DNA of 64,000 nt from Podarcis pityusensis (lineage: Eukaryota). Positions within the stretch are counted from its first letter, which is position 1. Each line of letters starts with the position of its first letter. A program made the position numbers and the translations under genes. Shown one piece after another: positions 46,725 to 58,973 of this stretch. The stretch is taken from NCBI GenBank assembly GCA_964106645.2, contig OZ067048.1. One strand, given 5' to 3'. The notes beneath the pieces were generated by a model that was not told the origin of the DNA, made no database searches, and saw nothing but the letters and a program-made list of their open reading frames with translations.

Positions 46725-47489
46725 CTCCCGAGTAGGGAGGGTCACTGCTGCATGTGCAGGGAAGTGCTGCTTGCCAGCCGCCGTGCGAGTCACCAGGCTG
46801 GAGCTGAGGGTGCAGCAGGAGAAAGGCCTCCCCACCCAACTCCAGAGGAGGATCCCTACTGTACAGCCAAGCGCCGCTTCCCCCACCAAAGAGCGAGTCA
46901 CCCTTGCAAAAAGAACAACATGGTGACTCGCTTTCTGCTTCTGCGCCCATAACCTGGGTTCCAGGAGCCATTTGGCCATCAGCTTTTCTACCCCAGTTTC
47001 TAACACTGATGTCACCAGTACGCAAAGGACTCTCACGCCTCTCCTTCCTCCTTTTCCTTGGATGCCAAGGAAGCAGAAAGAGCTTTCCAAGGGGTCAGTT
47101 CTGTCTGGATGGGGCGGCCCTCTCCTTCAAGGCTCCCACAACGGCTTGGCCTGGGGGGAGGCTGCTTCCCCTGTCCCTGTGCCAAGGGATTCCAACAATC
47201 AAACAGGCCCCTGAACGCTGATTACTATGATGACATTTTGTATAAAATACCTGTAGACTGGCAGTTCTCAAAGCAGTGTTTGAAATTAGCCAGGCGCCAG
47301 GCACATTTTGCACCTGGTTTTTGACTTCTTGCCACCAAGTGAAGATGCCCGGTGCCAGGATGGCGCCTGATGTCTCCACCACCTGGAGGTGTATGCCTGG
47401 GGATCCTTGGGTCGCGACTGTTTTCACACACTAACACCCCATCCAGTAGAATGCCATCAGTTATATTTTATCTGCACAACTGGAACGGG

Positions 47490-48010
47490 AATTGTAGCTC
47501 TATATGGGAATTAGGGGTTTACTAACGACTCTCAGCACCCTTACAGATAATAATGTTCCAAAAGAGTTGGTTAACTTATTTATGTATACAGCGACAACCA
47601 CGCAATCTGGCCGAAGGTGGAAAGGAGGAGAGGTGCCAAGAAAGGAAGGTTGGCTTTTGGAAATGATGCAGTATGCAGAACTGGCCAGATTAACAGCAAA
47701 GATCAGAGACCAAAATGATGAAAAAAATCCTGAGGACTGGAAACTTTTCACTGAGTATTTAAAGAACTGCTGTAGCGAAATGAAAAAGCGAGCAGGACTT
47801 GAAATATGAGCAACAGCATGAATTATTAAGACAAATAGGTTAAATTGGGTGTATTAAATAAGGGAAATGTGCAGCATTCAATGGTAAATAAGGAAACCAT
47901 GGAAGAGGAGGACAGGAAGTCAATAGATAAAGTAACTTACGGCTTATGTTAAAATGTGTAAAGTTTTCTTTTCTTTTTATTAAGAAAAATTAATAAATAA
48001 GATTTAAAAA
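47490..48010 (+). mobile_element. L1-type LINE 3' fragment
   Basis: LFMYTATT...EMMQYAELARLTAKIRDQ...EDWKLFTEYL, homologous to the 61022-61762 ORF2 end; AATAAA tail. Confidence 0.8.
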
Positions 48011-50799
48011 ATACTAGAGTTCCCGGGTTCCATTGTGGACAGGACTGTTTAATGTGGTATAATACAGCTTTAGACAGAGCCTCAGAGCAGACCTACCAAA
48101 ATGAAGAGTTTCTTCATTTCAGTGGGTCTACTCTGAATACAGTCCGTGGTTTTTAATTTAAAACCACTGGCGGAGATAATGCAGGGGCCTGTCCTGTTGA
48201 ACCACAGGCCCTCTTCACTAAACAGGGCTGTGGGGGCTTCAAGGAGCTGCCCACCTAACTTCCCAAAGAGGGAGAGAAGGAAAGACAGAGGCATGGGGGG
48301 CGGGGAGGGATGGGGGGATACAGCTTGGCATCTGCTGGAAGAAGCCACTGGATCTGCCCCCCAACACCTCATCCGCCCGCCTGGCAGGCACGGGGAGAGG
48401 AGGCTCAGTCTGAAGAAGCCGGAAAAGATTGCTGGGAGGTTCCTGACTCTCAGAAACAGGATCTCCAAAACTGTTTCCCTTGAAGACTCACTTCTGCCTG
48501 CTTGTCTGCTCAGACAGTCCATTTCTGCAAAAGGCATCCGAGGGAACTTCTGCAGCCCTTTAAGTCAGGGCAAAGAGCAAAGGGGGAAGAGGCTGTGCAA
48601 ATGCTCAGAAAGACCAGGGCTGCCTAAACACGGTCACTGCACTTGGGAGCAAACTCCCCTGAATTCAGTGGGCACTACAACTAAACTGCACAATGCTCGC
48701 AGCTGGGGCAGACTCTCTCCAAGTCTACACAAGCGCCACAACCTGAAGATGAACCGTGAAAAACGTGTGCCAAATCTTTTCAAAGGGAAAGAAGTGAAGC
48801 CAAGCCGGGAAGCCTCTTCTGCAGTGTCCCAAGACTCACTGTAATAAAACGTCATCTCACAAGTATTTTTTTCATTTCTTAAAGTAATCATAGTCTGCCG
48901 TTTCTGAGCGTGGGAAAAGGGAACAAGGGGAGCAGGGAGTCAGAGGAGGGGGTTCCCAGAGGGCAAGCAGCCAAGCAACAGCCCCCCCACCCACCCACCA
49001 CAAAGCCCACCTGCTTCTGACTTTGGCAGGAGCACAGGAAGGGGGCAGAGTGGGCAGGAAAAAGTGTCACACACTTGGGAAATCTCTTGGCAAACTGCTG
49101 ATCTCTCCCCCCCCCCTTTAAAAAACCCTGTAGCAGGTTCCATGGATGGAGACCTGCAGCCGGTCTCGTTCTTGTCCAGCCTCATCGCAGCCCTTCAAGG
49201 CAAAGAGCAGATTCCAGCAGGGAGAGGGAAGCTCTGCTGCCTGAAAACATTCACCCTCCTCACCCCCCCCCCTTGCAATCCGAGGCGTAAACAATGACTG
49301 CTACCAAATATGGAATTTGTAGCCGGCCAGCCACAGAGGCAGGAGCCCCACAGGCTTCCAGCCTCCTCCAGGCAGCCGATGCAGAGGACCACGGAAAGAG
49401 GGCCCCCCATGCCAGTGACTCAGTGCAAAACCTGCCCTGAAGAGGTGGCACGTGGTGCAAAAGCAGGACCCCAAGCGGGAGAGAGCCCCATTCTCAAGGG
49501 GGCTTCATAGGCACAAATCGATTTTCTATGGCAGACATTGCACCAATATTGGCATTTCCACACACAACACCCTCAGGCAAATCAAAGAACCAGGCCCAGG
49601 CACTTCTGCTCCCTGCCAGGCCCACAACCATCTCTGCTCTCTGAAGGTCGCCCCCCCAGGCCACAGGTCTCTCCCCCTGCCCCAGAAACACAAAACGTCC
49701 TGGGTCCTCATCCTTCACAGGCTGGGTGCATTCCTGGGCTTGTGAGGGGCGCAGCCCAGGGGCCATGATTCTGCCCTACACACCGGCCACCGTGGGTCCC
49801 TTTCCAGCTGCCCCTTTAGACCTCGCCATCAGCTGCCACCCACGGTCTCCTGCCACTGAAAGCGCAGGTGGTGCCAGGCCAGCCTGCTCTGAAACAGAAG
49901 CCCAGAAGGTCCTCACCACACGAGGGCCGAGCCCAGCCAAGGAGCAAGGACCCCAGGGCTCAGGGGACCCCTCTGTGCCCACCCAGCCCCAACCTGCCTC
50001 AGGGTCTCCATGGGGAAAGCTCAGGGGCGAGAGAGACAGAGAGCCCTATTCTCTGCAGCCAGGCTGGCCTTTAAGTGGAGCAGGGAAGGGGGGCGGCGTC
50101 TGCCAGCATCTTACACCCCACGGGGCCTCCGCCTCTGGGTACAATCGCCACCTTGTTCTGGGATCAGGGCACCAGCCAGCCTGCGCAGGACACATGTCAC
50201 AAACAGCTTAGGGGATCAGCAGGCTCCGCTCTGGAGGGAGCAAGGAGGGCACAGAGCCCAGGTGGGGAGGGGGACAACTGGAAGCCAGGCTGCGGAGTGG
50301 ATCAGGTGGGCAGCTGTGAGGGTCCCCGCAAAGGGAGGCCGCTGCAGCTTCTGAGCTCCCCAAAGACAAAAACGGAGACAAAAACCGCACTACAAATGAG
50401 GAAATGATTAATTTAGCAACTAGCATCAGGCAGAGAGCAGGCCGGAAAAACAGAGGGGCTTCAACACAGAGCAAGGAACAAACAGCTAAAACTTTACTCC
50501 AGTAAGAAAGGAGCAAACGGGAGCCAACTTTTAATCTGTTTCCCTGCGCTAAAGGAAGATGGCAAACTGCTGGTGGCTGTTCTTCCGTTGGGAGGGAGCT
50601 TTTTGGGGCTGGGGGAGCTCTGATTTCCCCTGCAAATTTCCCCTGCCCGGGTACTTTTTAGCTCGTCGTGGCTCAGAGCGAGGGGCTACTAAGAGTGAGT
50701 GGAAACGGCTCCAGCAGCTGAGTGCGGATCTCTGAACGCGCAGGGAACAAATAGGGGCAGAAAGTTCGGCCTGCAGGCTAGAGAAACAGAAGGACTTCC

Positions 50800-52400
50800 A
50801 CGTCTGTCCGGAATGCCAGGAAGGCGCCCCACCCCCGGGAAAAGGAGGGCAGCTCTGCCCTGGAAGCGCCAAAGTGGGACCCGCGCCGTCCAGGGCCTGG
50901 CGCGCAGCCCCGCGAGTCGGGGGCGACTAAGCCTAAGGGGAGAGCCTTGCAGAAGTGGCTGCAAATCGTCAGGGAAGCAGCGCCGTCGGAGGAAAGGCGG
51001 GAGCAGGACTGGCCGCGGCACTTCGCCAAGCCACGCGCTCCGCCTCCGCGCTCCCGTTTCGCGCGCAGCCCGCCGAAGGCAAAAGCCCGACAGGCAGCGG
51101 GGCCTCGACGGCGGCGTGGCGAGCGAGGGGCCGGCAGATCGGGAAGCGGCGTCCGCCGGAGACTCTGCAGGGCAGCAGCCTGCCGCTCGCCGGGGCGGAA
51201 CCCGGCCGGGCCTGATCCACTTCCTGCCCAAGGGGCGCCCTCCAGGGCCGCGCCCAAGCCCAGGCGCCCCGCGGCAGCAAGCGGCGCCCGTCCGCTTCCC
51301 GAGCTAGGGAGCCCCGACGAGGTGGTCGTCGCCGCCGCCGCGGGGATGGGAGGTTTGCGCACATCTGGCAGTCACGTGCAAGCAGCCGGGACCGGCCCGA
51401 GCAGGAGGAAGCCGAGACCCTCCTGGAGGCGGTCTTCGCCCGCCCCGTCCCGCTCGGAGCCTCGCCCCGCGCCCCCCCTCGCGGCGGGGCCGGGGCCGGG
51501 GCCCTCCGCCAGGAAACGGCCCGTGCCCCGCGGGGCAGAGACCCTTCCTCCCCGCCGGAGAGCTCTTCCCGAGGGCGGCGGAGCCCGCCTGGGCCCGGCC
51601 CCGAGGCTACGGGAAAGCCGTCGGGGCAGGAAGCCAGGAGGGTGGGACCTGCCCTGCCCCAGCCGCGCTGCGCCCAGAGGCGGCCGGGGTGCGCCTGGCA
51701 CGCGAGCGGGAGGCGGCCGCCGGGGAGGCACTGGGGCACCCGCGGGCCGAGGGAGGAGTCGCGCGGAGCGGGAAGGGACCCGCCGGCGGAGCCAGACCCG
51801 ACGGAGCCCGGACGCGGACGCCGCCCCGTCGCCGCCGCCGCTCGACTTCTTCTTTTTCCCTCCCTCCCTCCCCGCCCGCCGGGGGGGCGCCTGCTCCTCC
51901 TCGACCCCCAACTCCTGTCCGGATCAAGGGAAAGAGAGTGAGGCGGGGGGCGCCTTCCTACCTGGGGGGACGCGGCGGCGGCGGCGGCGGCGGCGGCGGC
52001 TCCTGCGGGGCGCGACTGGCTTCTGGGGGGAGGAGCGCCGAGGGGCGGGAGCGCGCCCTCCCCTCCTCCTCCGGGTCCCCCAGACCCGCCCCCCGGCCGA
52101 GGGACAAGCGCCGCCCGCCCCGTCTGCCCGCGGCGCAGGCGCAGAGCCGAGAGGAAGCCGCCGCGGCCATGTTGGGTGCGGGCGCCGGGCTCTTTCCCCG
52201 GCGGCGCTGGGCGGCGGCGCCCTCGGCCAATCAGCTGGCGCGACGAAGCCTGGCGGGGCCGCCCCGCCGCAGTGCGCTGAGCAGAGGCTGAGCAGGCTCT
52301 CGCCGGAACAGAAGCCGACTCCGAGGGTCTGGCTTCGTCTTTGGGAGCCCAGAGTAGGGACGGAAAGGCACCGGCGCCGGAGGCGGGGGGAAAGCCCCTC
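50800..52400 (-). promoter_or_regulatory. CpG island / TLN1 promoter
   Basis: Very high GC and CpG density; CCAAT 52227-52231; GC boxes; (CGG)9 at 51972-52000; boundaries approximate. Confidence 0.85.
51962..52170 (-). other. TLN1: TLN1 non-coding exon 1 (5' end approximate)
   Basis: Donor CAG|GTAGGA at 51962/51961 inside a CpG island, with CCAAT, GC-box and YY1/NRF1-like motifs just upstream. TSS not determinable from sequence. Confidence 0.65.
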
Positions 52401-53212
52401 TCAGCTGAGGACAGGGCGAAATTCAGCAAACAAACGCCATGGCATGTCCCTCTGGACAGAGGTGCTTACAAGCCGAATGTCAGTGTACAGGGAAAAGCAA
52501 GAATCACCAGTATCGAAGCAATTGTTCTTCGGCATCAACTTCGTTGGACTGGTCATGTTGTGCGGATGCCTGATTCTCGTCTTCCAAAGCAACTACAGTT
52601 CTACCTCTGGATGCGAACGGCATCCGTTCCGGAGCCCCATTCACATCCTAAAGCGAATGCAACCTGCGTCTTCAGGGGTCGTGATTTGCTGCTTCCACGC
52701 ATGCGTGTGACGTCATTTTGAGCGTCTGCGCATGCGTGAGCGGTGAAACCCGGACGGAACGCGCTCCATTACTTCCGGGTCGCCGCGGAGCGCAACCCGA
52801 AAATGCTCAACCCGAGGTATGACTGTACTCTAATCCCAACTCAAGAATGGAAAGCGAAATACTGGTGGGAAACAAAAGGTTTAAAGATGCTCTCAAGGCA
52901 AATCTTTAAACATGTAGTATAAACACTGACAGTTGGGAAACACTGGCCTATGAGCGCACCAATTGAGGTGTCATGGACTTTGAAGATGCTCGAACTCAGG
53001 ACGCAAGGGAGAAACGTGCTGAGAGAAAGGCACGCTTGGCAAACCCTCACCGTGATCAACTCTTACCTGGAAACCTATGTCCCCACTGTGGAAGGATGCA
53101 TGGATCCAGAATTGGCCTCCACAGTCACTTATGGACTCACAGCTAAGACCGTGTTCATGGAAGACAATCCTACTCGGCTAGGAGGAATCACCAAAGAAAG
53201 GAAGAAGCAGCT
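52400..53212 (+). mobile_element. RTE-clade LINE 3' fragment interrupted by a MITE
   Basis: SIEAIVLRHQLRWTGHVVRMPDSRLPKQL, resuming after 52827; (GAA)n tail. Confidence 0.85.
52596..52825. mobile_element. Tigger-like MITE
   Basis: CAGTTCTACCTC...GAGGTATGACTG TIRs with TA TSD. Confidence 0.8.
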
Positions 53213-53429
53213 TACAAGCCTCAAGACCTGAAGGGCCACCTCTCCCCCTAGGAAGGGACCCAGGCTCTGCCATCCTCCTCCTTCTTCGAGAGGATCAGAG
53301 AAGGCAACACCAGAGCAGGCCTTTTCTGCAGTGGCTCTCCGTTTGGGGGAATGCTCTCCCTAAGGAGGTTCAGCTGGTGCCTTCATGATCCATATTTAGG
53401 AGCCAGGCCTTTGAGTGATTAACATTAAA

Positions 53430-53775
53430 TGGGCACTGTGGGTCAAACCACAGAGCCTAGGACTTGCCGATCAGAAGGTCGGTGGTTCAAATCCCCGCTA
53501 CGGGGTGAGCTCCCGTTGCTCAGTCCCTGCTCCTGCCCACCTAGCAGTTCGAAAGCACATCCAAGTGCAAGTAGATAAATAGGTACCGCTCCGGCGGGAA
53601 GGTAAACGGGGTTTCTGTGTGCTGCTCTGGTTCGCCAGAAGCGGCTTAGTCATGCTGGCCACATGACCCGGAAGCTGTACGCCGGCTCCCTTGGCCAGTA
53701 AAGCGAGATGAGCGCCGCAACCCCAGAGTTGGCCACGACTGGACCTAACAGTCAGGGGTCTCTTTACCTTTACCC
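53430..53775 (+). mobile_element. Sauria SINE
   Basis: Head AAACCACAGAGCCTAGGACTTGCCGATCAGAAGGTCGGTGGTTC, GGCCACATGACCCGGAAG core, (ACCTTT)n tail. Confidence 0.9.
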
Positions 53776-53789
53776 CTGTCGAGAAGGCC

Positions 53790-54480
53790 TTCTGTCTGGT
53801 CAACGACCCAGTTAAAAAGCTGCACTGTTCTTTTCTTCCTGCAACTTACCAATTTCTGATCCCCAAGAGAATTTCTCTTCCTATTCCTTGGCTGCTAAAT
53901 TTACCCAGGAGTCTTTGGTGAGGGATTTTGTCAAAAGCTTTTTGAAAGTCCAAGGACCCAATGTCAACTGGATCACCTCTACATGGATGCTTGTTAAAGA
54001 ACTTCTTCTTGTTGGTCTTGATGCTTTTAGCAACATTCTCCTCAAAATATTTTCCTTAAAGCACCCTTTACTGTCCGCTTGCCCTTTTTTGGCCAGAGTT
54101 TTGTGTTCTTTTTCTGCTCTATTCATTTGAACAACAGTTCCAATTTTTTAAGGGAAGCTTTCTTGCCTCTCATAGTTTCTTTGACTGGTCTTTGTGGTTT
54201 GTTCCCTGATCGGTGGTACACACTCCTCTTGAGTTTCTAATCCTGTGTTTAAAAAAAACAACACTCCCAGGCATTTTGGAGTGATTTGACCCTCTTGACT
54301 TCACCTTTCAGCTTCCTTTTTACCAGCTTCCTCATTCTGGGGAATTTTCCTTTTTGAAATCAAATGTGACTGCGTTGGAGTTTCTTGGCAATTGACCATT
54401 TACATGTAGATTTAATTTAACAGTGGTATGATCACTTCTTCAACAGCAAATATTCCCACTTCTGCAAACATTTCTGGCAC
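53790..54480 (-). mobile_element. CR1 LINE ORF2 fragments (degenerate)
   Basis: Minus strand reads GDPVDI..LDFQKAFDKIPHQRLL (CR1 RT). Confidence 0.8.
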
Positions 54481-54828
54481 CTGTATTGGCTGGTTTCAGA
54501 GGCAATGGAATAGGCTGATATTCCTTACCCTAATGCAACACAATTAGACTTGTTCACACTGGAACAAAAGGCATCTCTCTATTTTTGTAACATCTTTTGG
54601 AGACAGGCCAGATCTGCATACCAGACACTGCTATTACCCACTCCCTATCTTGCAACAAGATGCTCATGTCTCCTTATACAAATAAAACATTAAATTGACC
54701 TGAGTTAACCAATCCACCTTTGTAGATTAGTTATATATTTAAAGCATATACTATGTTTAACATTGAAACTTTTAGTATGCTCAGATGTGAGCCACACACT
54801 TCCTTATGTCATTTTTGATAATATGTCT

Positions 54829-55168
54829 AAAAGGTAAAGGTACCCCTGACCATTAGGTCCAGTCATGGACGACTCCGGGGTTGCAGCACTCATCTCAAGC
54901 CGGCGTTTGTCCACAGACAGCTTCTGGGTCATGTGGCCAGCATGACTAAGCCACTTCTGGTGAACCAGAGCAGCGCATGGAAATGCCGTTTACCTTCCTG
55001 CCAGAGCAGTACCTATTTATCTACTTACACTTGACATGCTTTCAAACTGCTAGGTTGGCAGGAGCAGGGACTGAACAATTGGAGCTCACCCCATCGTGGG
55101 GATTCAAACCGCCAACCTTCTGATCGGTAAGCCCAAGGCTCAGTGGTTTAGATCACTGTGCCACCCGT
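54829..55168 (-). mobile_element. Sauria SINE
   Basis: Reverse-complement copy of 53430-53775 with AAAGGT tail. Confidence 0.88.
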
Positions 55169-55565
55169 GTCTGCATAACATCTATCCAGATGTTGGCATC
55201 TGTCCGTCTCAGGAGACAATGGAGGAGAAAGGCGCCTTTGGGGATGAAGTCAAACTGGGTGAAGGTTACAGCTCCTGCTGTGGTTGTAGACACCCATGTG
55301 GGAGAGACATGTTTTCATGTAGCTGGGGCAGAGGAAGGCGTCTGGTTGTGCTAATGCAGATGCACCGCTGCATTTATTATTATAGGAGTGCAGAGAGAAG
55401 AATTCATTATTTATATTCTTCCCATCTGACTGGCTAACTCCCCTCCAATGTAAAGGCCACTAGGCAGTAGAGATCTTGCCCCCCCCCCAATTATATTCTA
55501 CTACGTAATTTCCTTTCAAGATCAAATCAGTATTATTTTGATCTGTGGTTGTGGGGCCCCTACTT

Positions 55566-55695
55566 CAGGCTTCTTCAACCTTGGCCCTCCAGATGTTTTT
55601 GGCCTACAACTCCCATGATCCCTAGCTAGCAGAGGTCAAGGATGGTGGGAATTGTAGTCTCAAAACATCTGGAGGGCCGAGATTGAGGAAGCCTG
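55566..55695. mobile_element. Small palindromic hAT MITE
   Basis: CAGGCTTC...GAAGCCTG long inverted repeat; 8-bp TSD CCCTACTT / GCCTACTT. Confidence 0.85.
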
Positions 55696-56499
55696 GCCTA
55701 CTTAGTAATCTGGCTCTGCTCCCACAGCTGTCACAGAGGAAACTCGGGTGAAAAACTGAACTGTCAGGCTCCGTTTCTGCTGCATAGAAATCAGGCTTAA
55801 ATTCGTCCCCCCAAGCAAAACAAAGTGTCACACTCCTGATTGGCTCAGCATCAACCCATCTCACACCTAGTCCCGGGGGCCACGCAATGTGAAGTCCAGT
55901 GTGGCCCCCTTTCTGCCCTGTTCTAGGGCCCAGTCCTTTCGGGGATTCACTTTGCGCCCGTGGGCATCGGGACAAGCGGGGCTGCCAAGGCCCAGGCGGC
56001 GGTGCAGACACAGCTCTCGGTTCCGTTTGCTGCGGGGATTTCTGGATCAAGCTGCTGAGCCCCTTCCCTGGCAGAATGCCTCTCCCAGAGCCGTCCAGGA
56101 AACACCGCTTTCAGGTGCAGACACCTCGAAATCCCTGCGCCACACGAGAAGCTGCCGGCGTCAAGCCTCGCGGGTCCATCTCGCTCTGCCGTGTCCCCCA
56201 CACGGGCCGGCAGCAGCTCTCTGTCCTTTCTGGCTGGGGACCTGGCCAGCCCGCCTTCCGTCTGCTGAGCAGAGCCTCTGCCTCGGAGCAGCGACCCTTA
56301 TTTTATTTTATTTTTTCTATACCGCTTTATATTTTTCAGAAAAATCTCAAAGCAGTTTACAGCATATTACATCAATAAAACATCAATAAAAGAAAGTCAA
56401 ATATAGAGTATACAGTCAAAGCAACATAACAGAAAACTCAACTATTATCGTACAGCTTTTCAAGTCAAACATTACAAAGGTCAGCTCCAGAATACCTCT

Positions 56500-57200
56500 T
56501 CCTTCCCCGGGCGGAGCTGGAGCGAGGGAAGTCCCTCTGACGACAGATCCAAGCCCCGCCCCCCAGGCCCGGCCGGCCGAAGGGGGTTTCCCGGCCGCGA
56601 GCGACACTCGCCTCGGCCAATGCGGCCCCGGCCTCTCCGCCGCTTCGCCAATCAGTGCGCGGGGAGGGCGGGCCTCGGCCAGTTCCGGCCCTCGAGTGAC
56701 GTCGCTTTTGCTGCGTTGGAAGGAGAGCGGAGGAGACGGAGCGGAGGCGCCGCGGGCCGCGCAGGTGGGTGGGGTCCCGTCGGGGTCCCGTCGGGGTCCC
56801 GGGGCTTCCCTTCGCCCCCTCCCCAGCAGATCTGCCCCGGGACCCCTCCCGCCCGGCCCTTTCTCTCCGGGGACCCAGGAGTCCGGCGCCGCCCCGCCCC
56901 TCTCTCTGGGGCCCCGACGGGGCGGCGGCTGCCTCCGCCTCCTCCGGGCTGGCCGCCCCCACTGCCCGGCCAAGGCGCGGATCGGGTGGCGGGGCCTCCT
57001 GTTCCCGAGGGGGAGGGCAGCCTCGGCTCGAAACCCCACGTCCCGGGGCAGCCAAGCCCGGAGGGGTGACCTGCCGGAGCCCACCCCCGTTGGGCAACCT
57101 GGTGGTCCTGGGAAGGGAGCGAGCGCCCGGCTGGTCCCTTCGGCCTTTGCGGAATCCTAGACGGATAGAAGTGGGCAGTTGGGAGGGACCCCCGAGGGGC
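56500..57200 (+). promoter_or_regulatory. CpG island / CREB3 promoter with non-coding exon 1 ending at 56764
   Basis: GC box CCCCGCCCCC about 56554; two CCAAT boxes (about 56617 and 56648); CRE-like TGACGTCG at 56697; donor GCAG|GTGGGT at 56764. Confidence 0.75.
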
Positions 57201-58973
57201 ATCTAGTCCACCCCCTGCAATGCAGGGGTTACAGCTAAAGCATCCCTGACAGGTGTCTACGCGACCTCGGATTCAAAGCCTCCAGCCGAAGTGAAGGACG
57301 ACCCTTTTTGTGGCCCACCCCACCTGCCCAGCTGGGGCTCGGCAGCGAAGCTCCTTCCTTTAGTTCTGGGAGCATCTTCTTGAGGACAGGTAAGCAAAAT
57401 GGGGACTGACAAAGGTGAAACTCGGCTGCCCTATTGCTCTCTGTACTATTCCACCTGAGGTGTTACTGGTAAAAGTGATATTTCAAGTGATATTCCAAGT
57501 GATATTCCAAGCCCCCCCCCCCCAAGCTCCTGCTTCTCACCATTGCTCCTCTGCACAGCTGTCTCTGTGGTGGCAGGACGGGGGGGGGGGGTGAGAGAGG
57601 GAGAGCTCACCCTCCAGATCTCTTGGGCACAACCTCAGGGGCCCAAGCTGCCTGCATTTGACAATGTTATGGAAATTAATGATGTGCCGTTATAAACATA
57701 CAGGGATGAGTGCATTTGCAAATACACGTCTCCAGGTGTGCCAACTGGATTTTTTTGGGGGGGGGACACACCCAGGTAAGCCCCGTCCCACAGAATCGAT
57801 CACATGACGCAGTGCACGTACACCATATGAATGGCAATGCCCATTAACTTTGGGGGTGCCTGGCCTCCTAAAAAAAATTATTGGGAGGGGCTGAAGGGAC
57901 CTCGGCCCCCAGGCGTCACTACTCTGCCCTTGTAGACAAAACACCACGGCCTCTGCCTGCAACTCCAGCTAATGCAATAGGAGCTGTTGTGGAAATGGAC
58001 TTTGCAACATAACTTGGTGAAATATCACTTTTACCGGTAACACCTCAGGTGGAATAGTACAGAGAGCAATACGGCAGCCGAGTTTCACCTTTGTCAGTCC
58101 CAAAGCAGGAAATGGTTCCTGAGCCTCCTCTCTCTGTAAAACTGGTTTTAGAGGTATTGATAACTCTGCATGATGTGTGAAAACAGGTTCTGGAGTCAAG
58201 GTATTTCAAAAGAATGGCTTAGGCTGGCCAGCAAACGGGAATCAGTAAATGTTTCCAGGTATGTTGACAGACAGGAGACAAGCTACACTCAAATTTCTCT
58301 TTCTGTGATGCTTGTATGATTCTTTTAGTGGGTTTTGGTTAAGGGGTTGAGGAAAGCTCTTAAAAGCTGTTATTCACCTTTGTTCTGGGTCATCCTCACC
58401 TCCTTGTAAAGTGGGGGGGGGGGCTCTGTTGCAATAGAAAAATAAAAATCTGCCTGCTTAGACTGGGTCCTGCCTCCAGCCCTCCTTCTCTGACCATTCA
58501 TGGACATTGGGGACTCTCTTAATGGGCAGCTGGACTGCGAAAGCTAACCTCAATTTTTCATGTAACAATGGCCGTTGCCCATTGGTGGAATTGGGCCATT
58601 TCTGCTTTCCTCAGCACTCAATCATTTAGTGTGGCAGCATCTACACCCTGGAACTCCCTGCCTATTGATATCCGGCAGGTGCCTTGTAGTCTTTTTGGAG
58701 CCTGCTAAAAACATTCTTCTTTTGACAAGCCTACCCTGAAAATGCTTAGAAAGTTGATGTGAATTTTAATCAGTTTTAATATTTTAACTTTCTGTATTTT
58801 TAAAGTGCTCTTGTAATTTTTTCTTGATTTTCTTGTTTTATCTTTTTGTAAAGCTGAGGGTGAGTTTTTTTGAACAAGTGGAGTACATGCTCAAATAAAT
58901 AGTCCGTTTTCCTTGGGGGCTCCTGGCCCTGCTGCCTGACCCTGACACCCTCCGTCTCCCTCCCTCCCTCCAG

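Noticed and set aside
50947-52710. 587-aa (+) and 486-aa (-) ORFs over the CpG island
   Set aside because: Arg/Pro/Gly/Ala-rich frames caused by stop-codon scarcity at very high GC. No domain similarity, and the + ORF runs into TE sequence.
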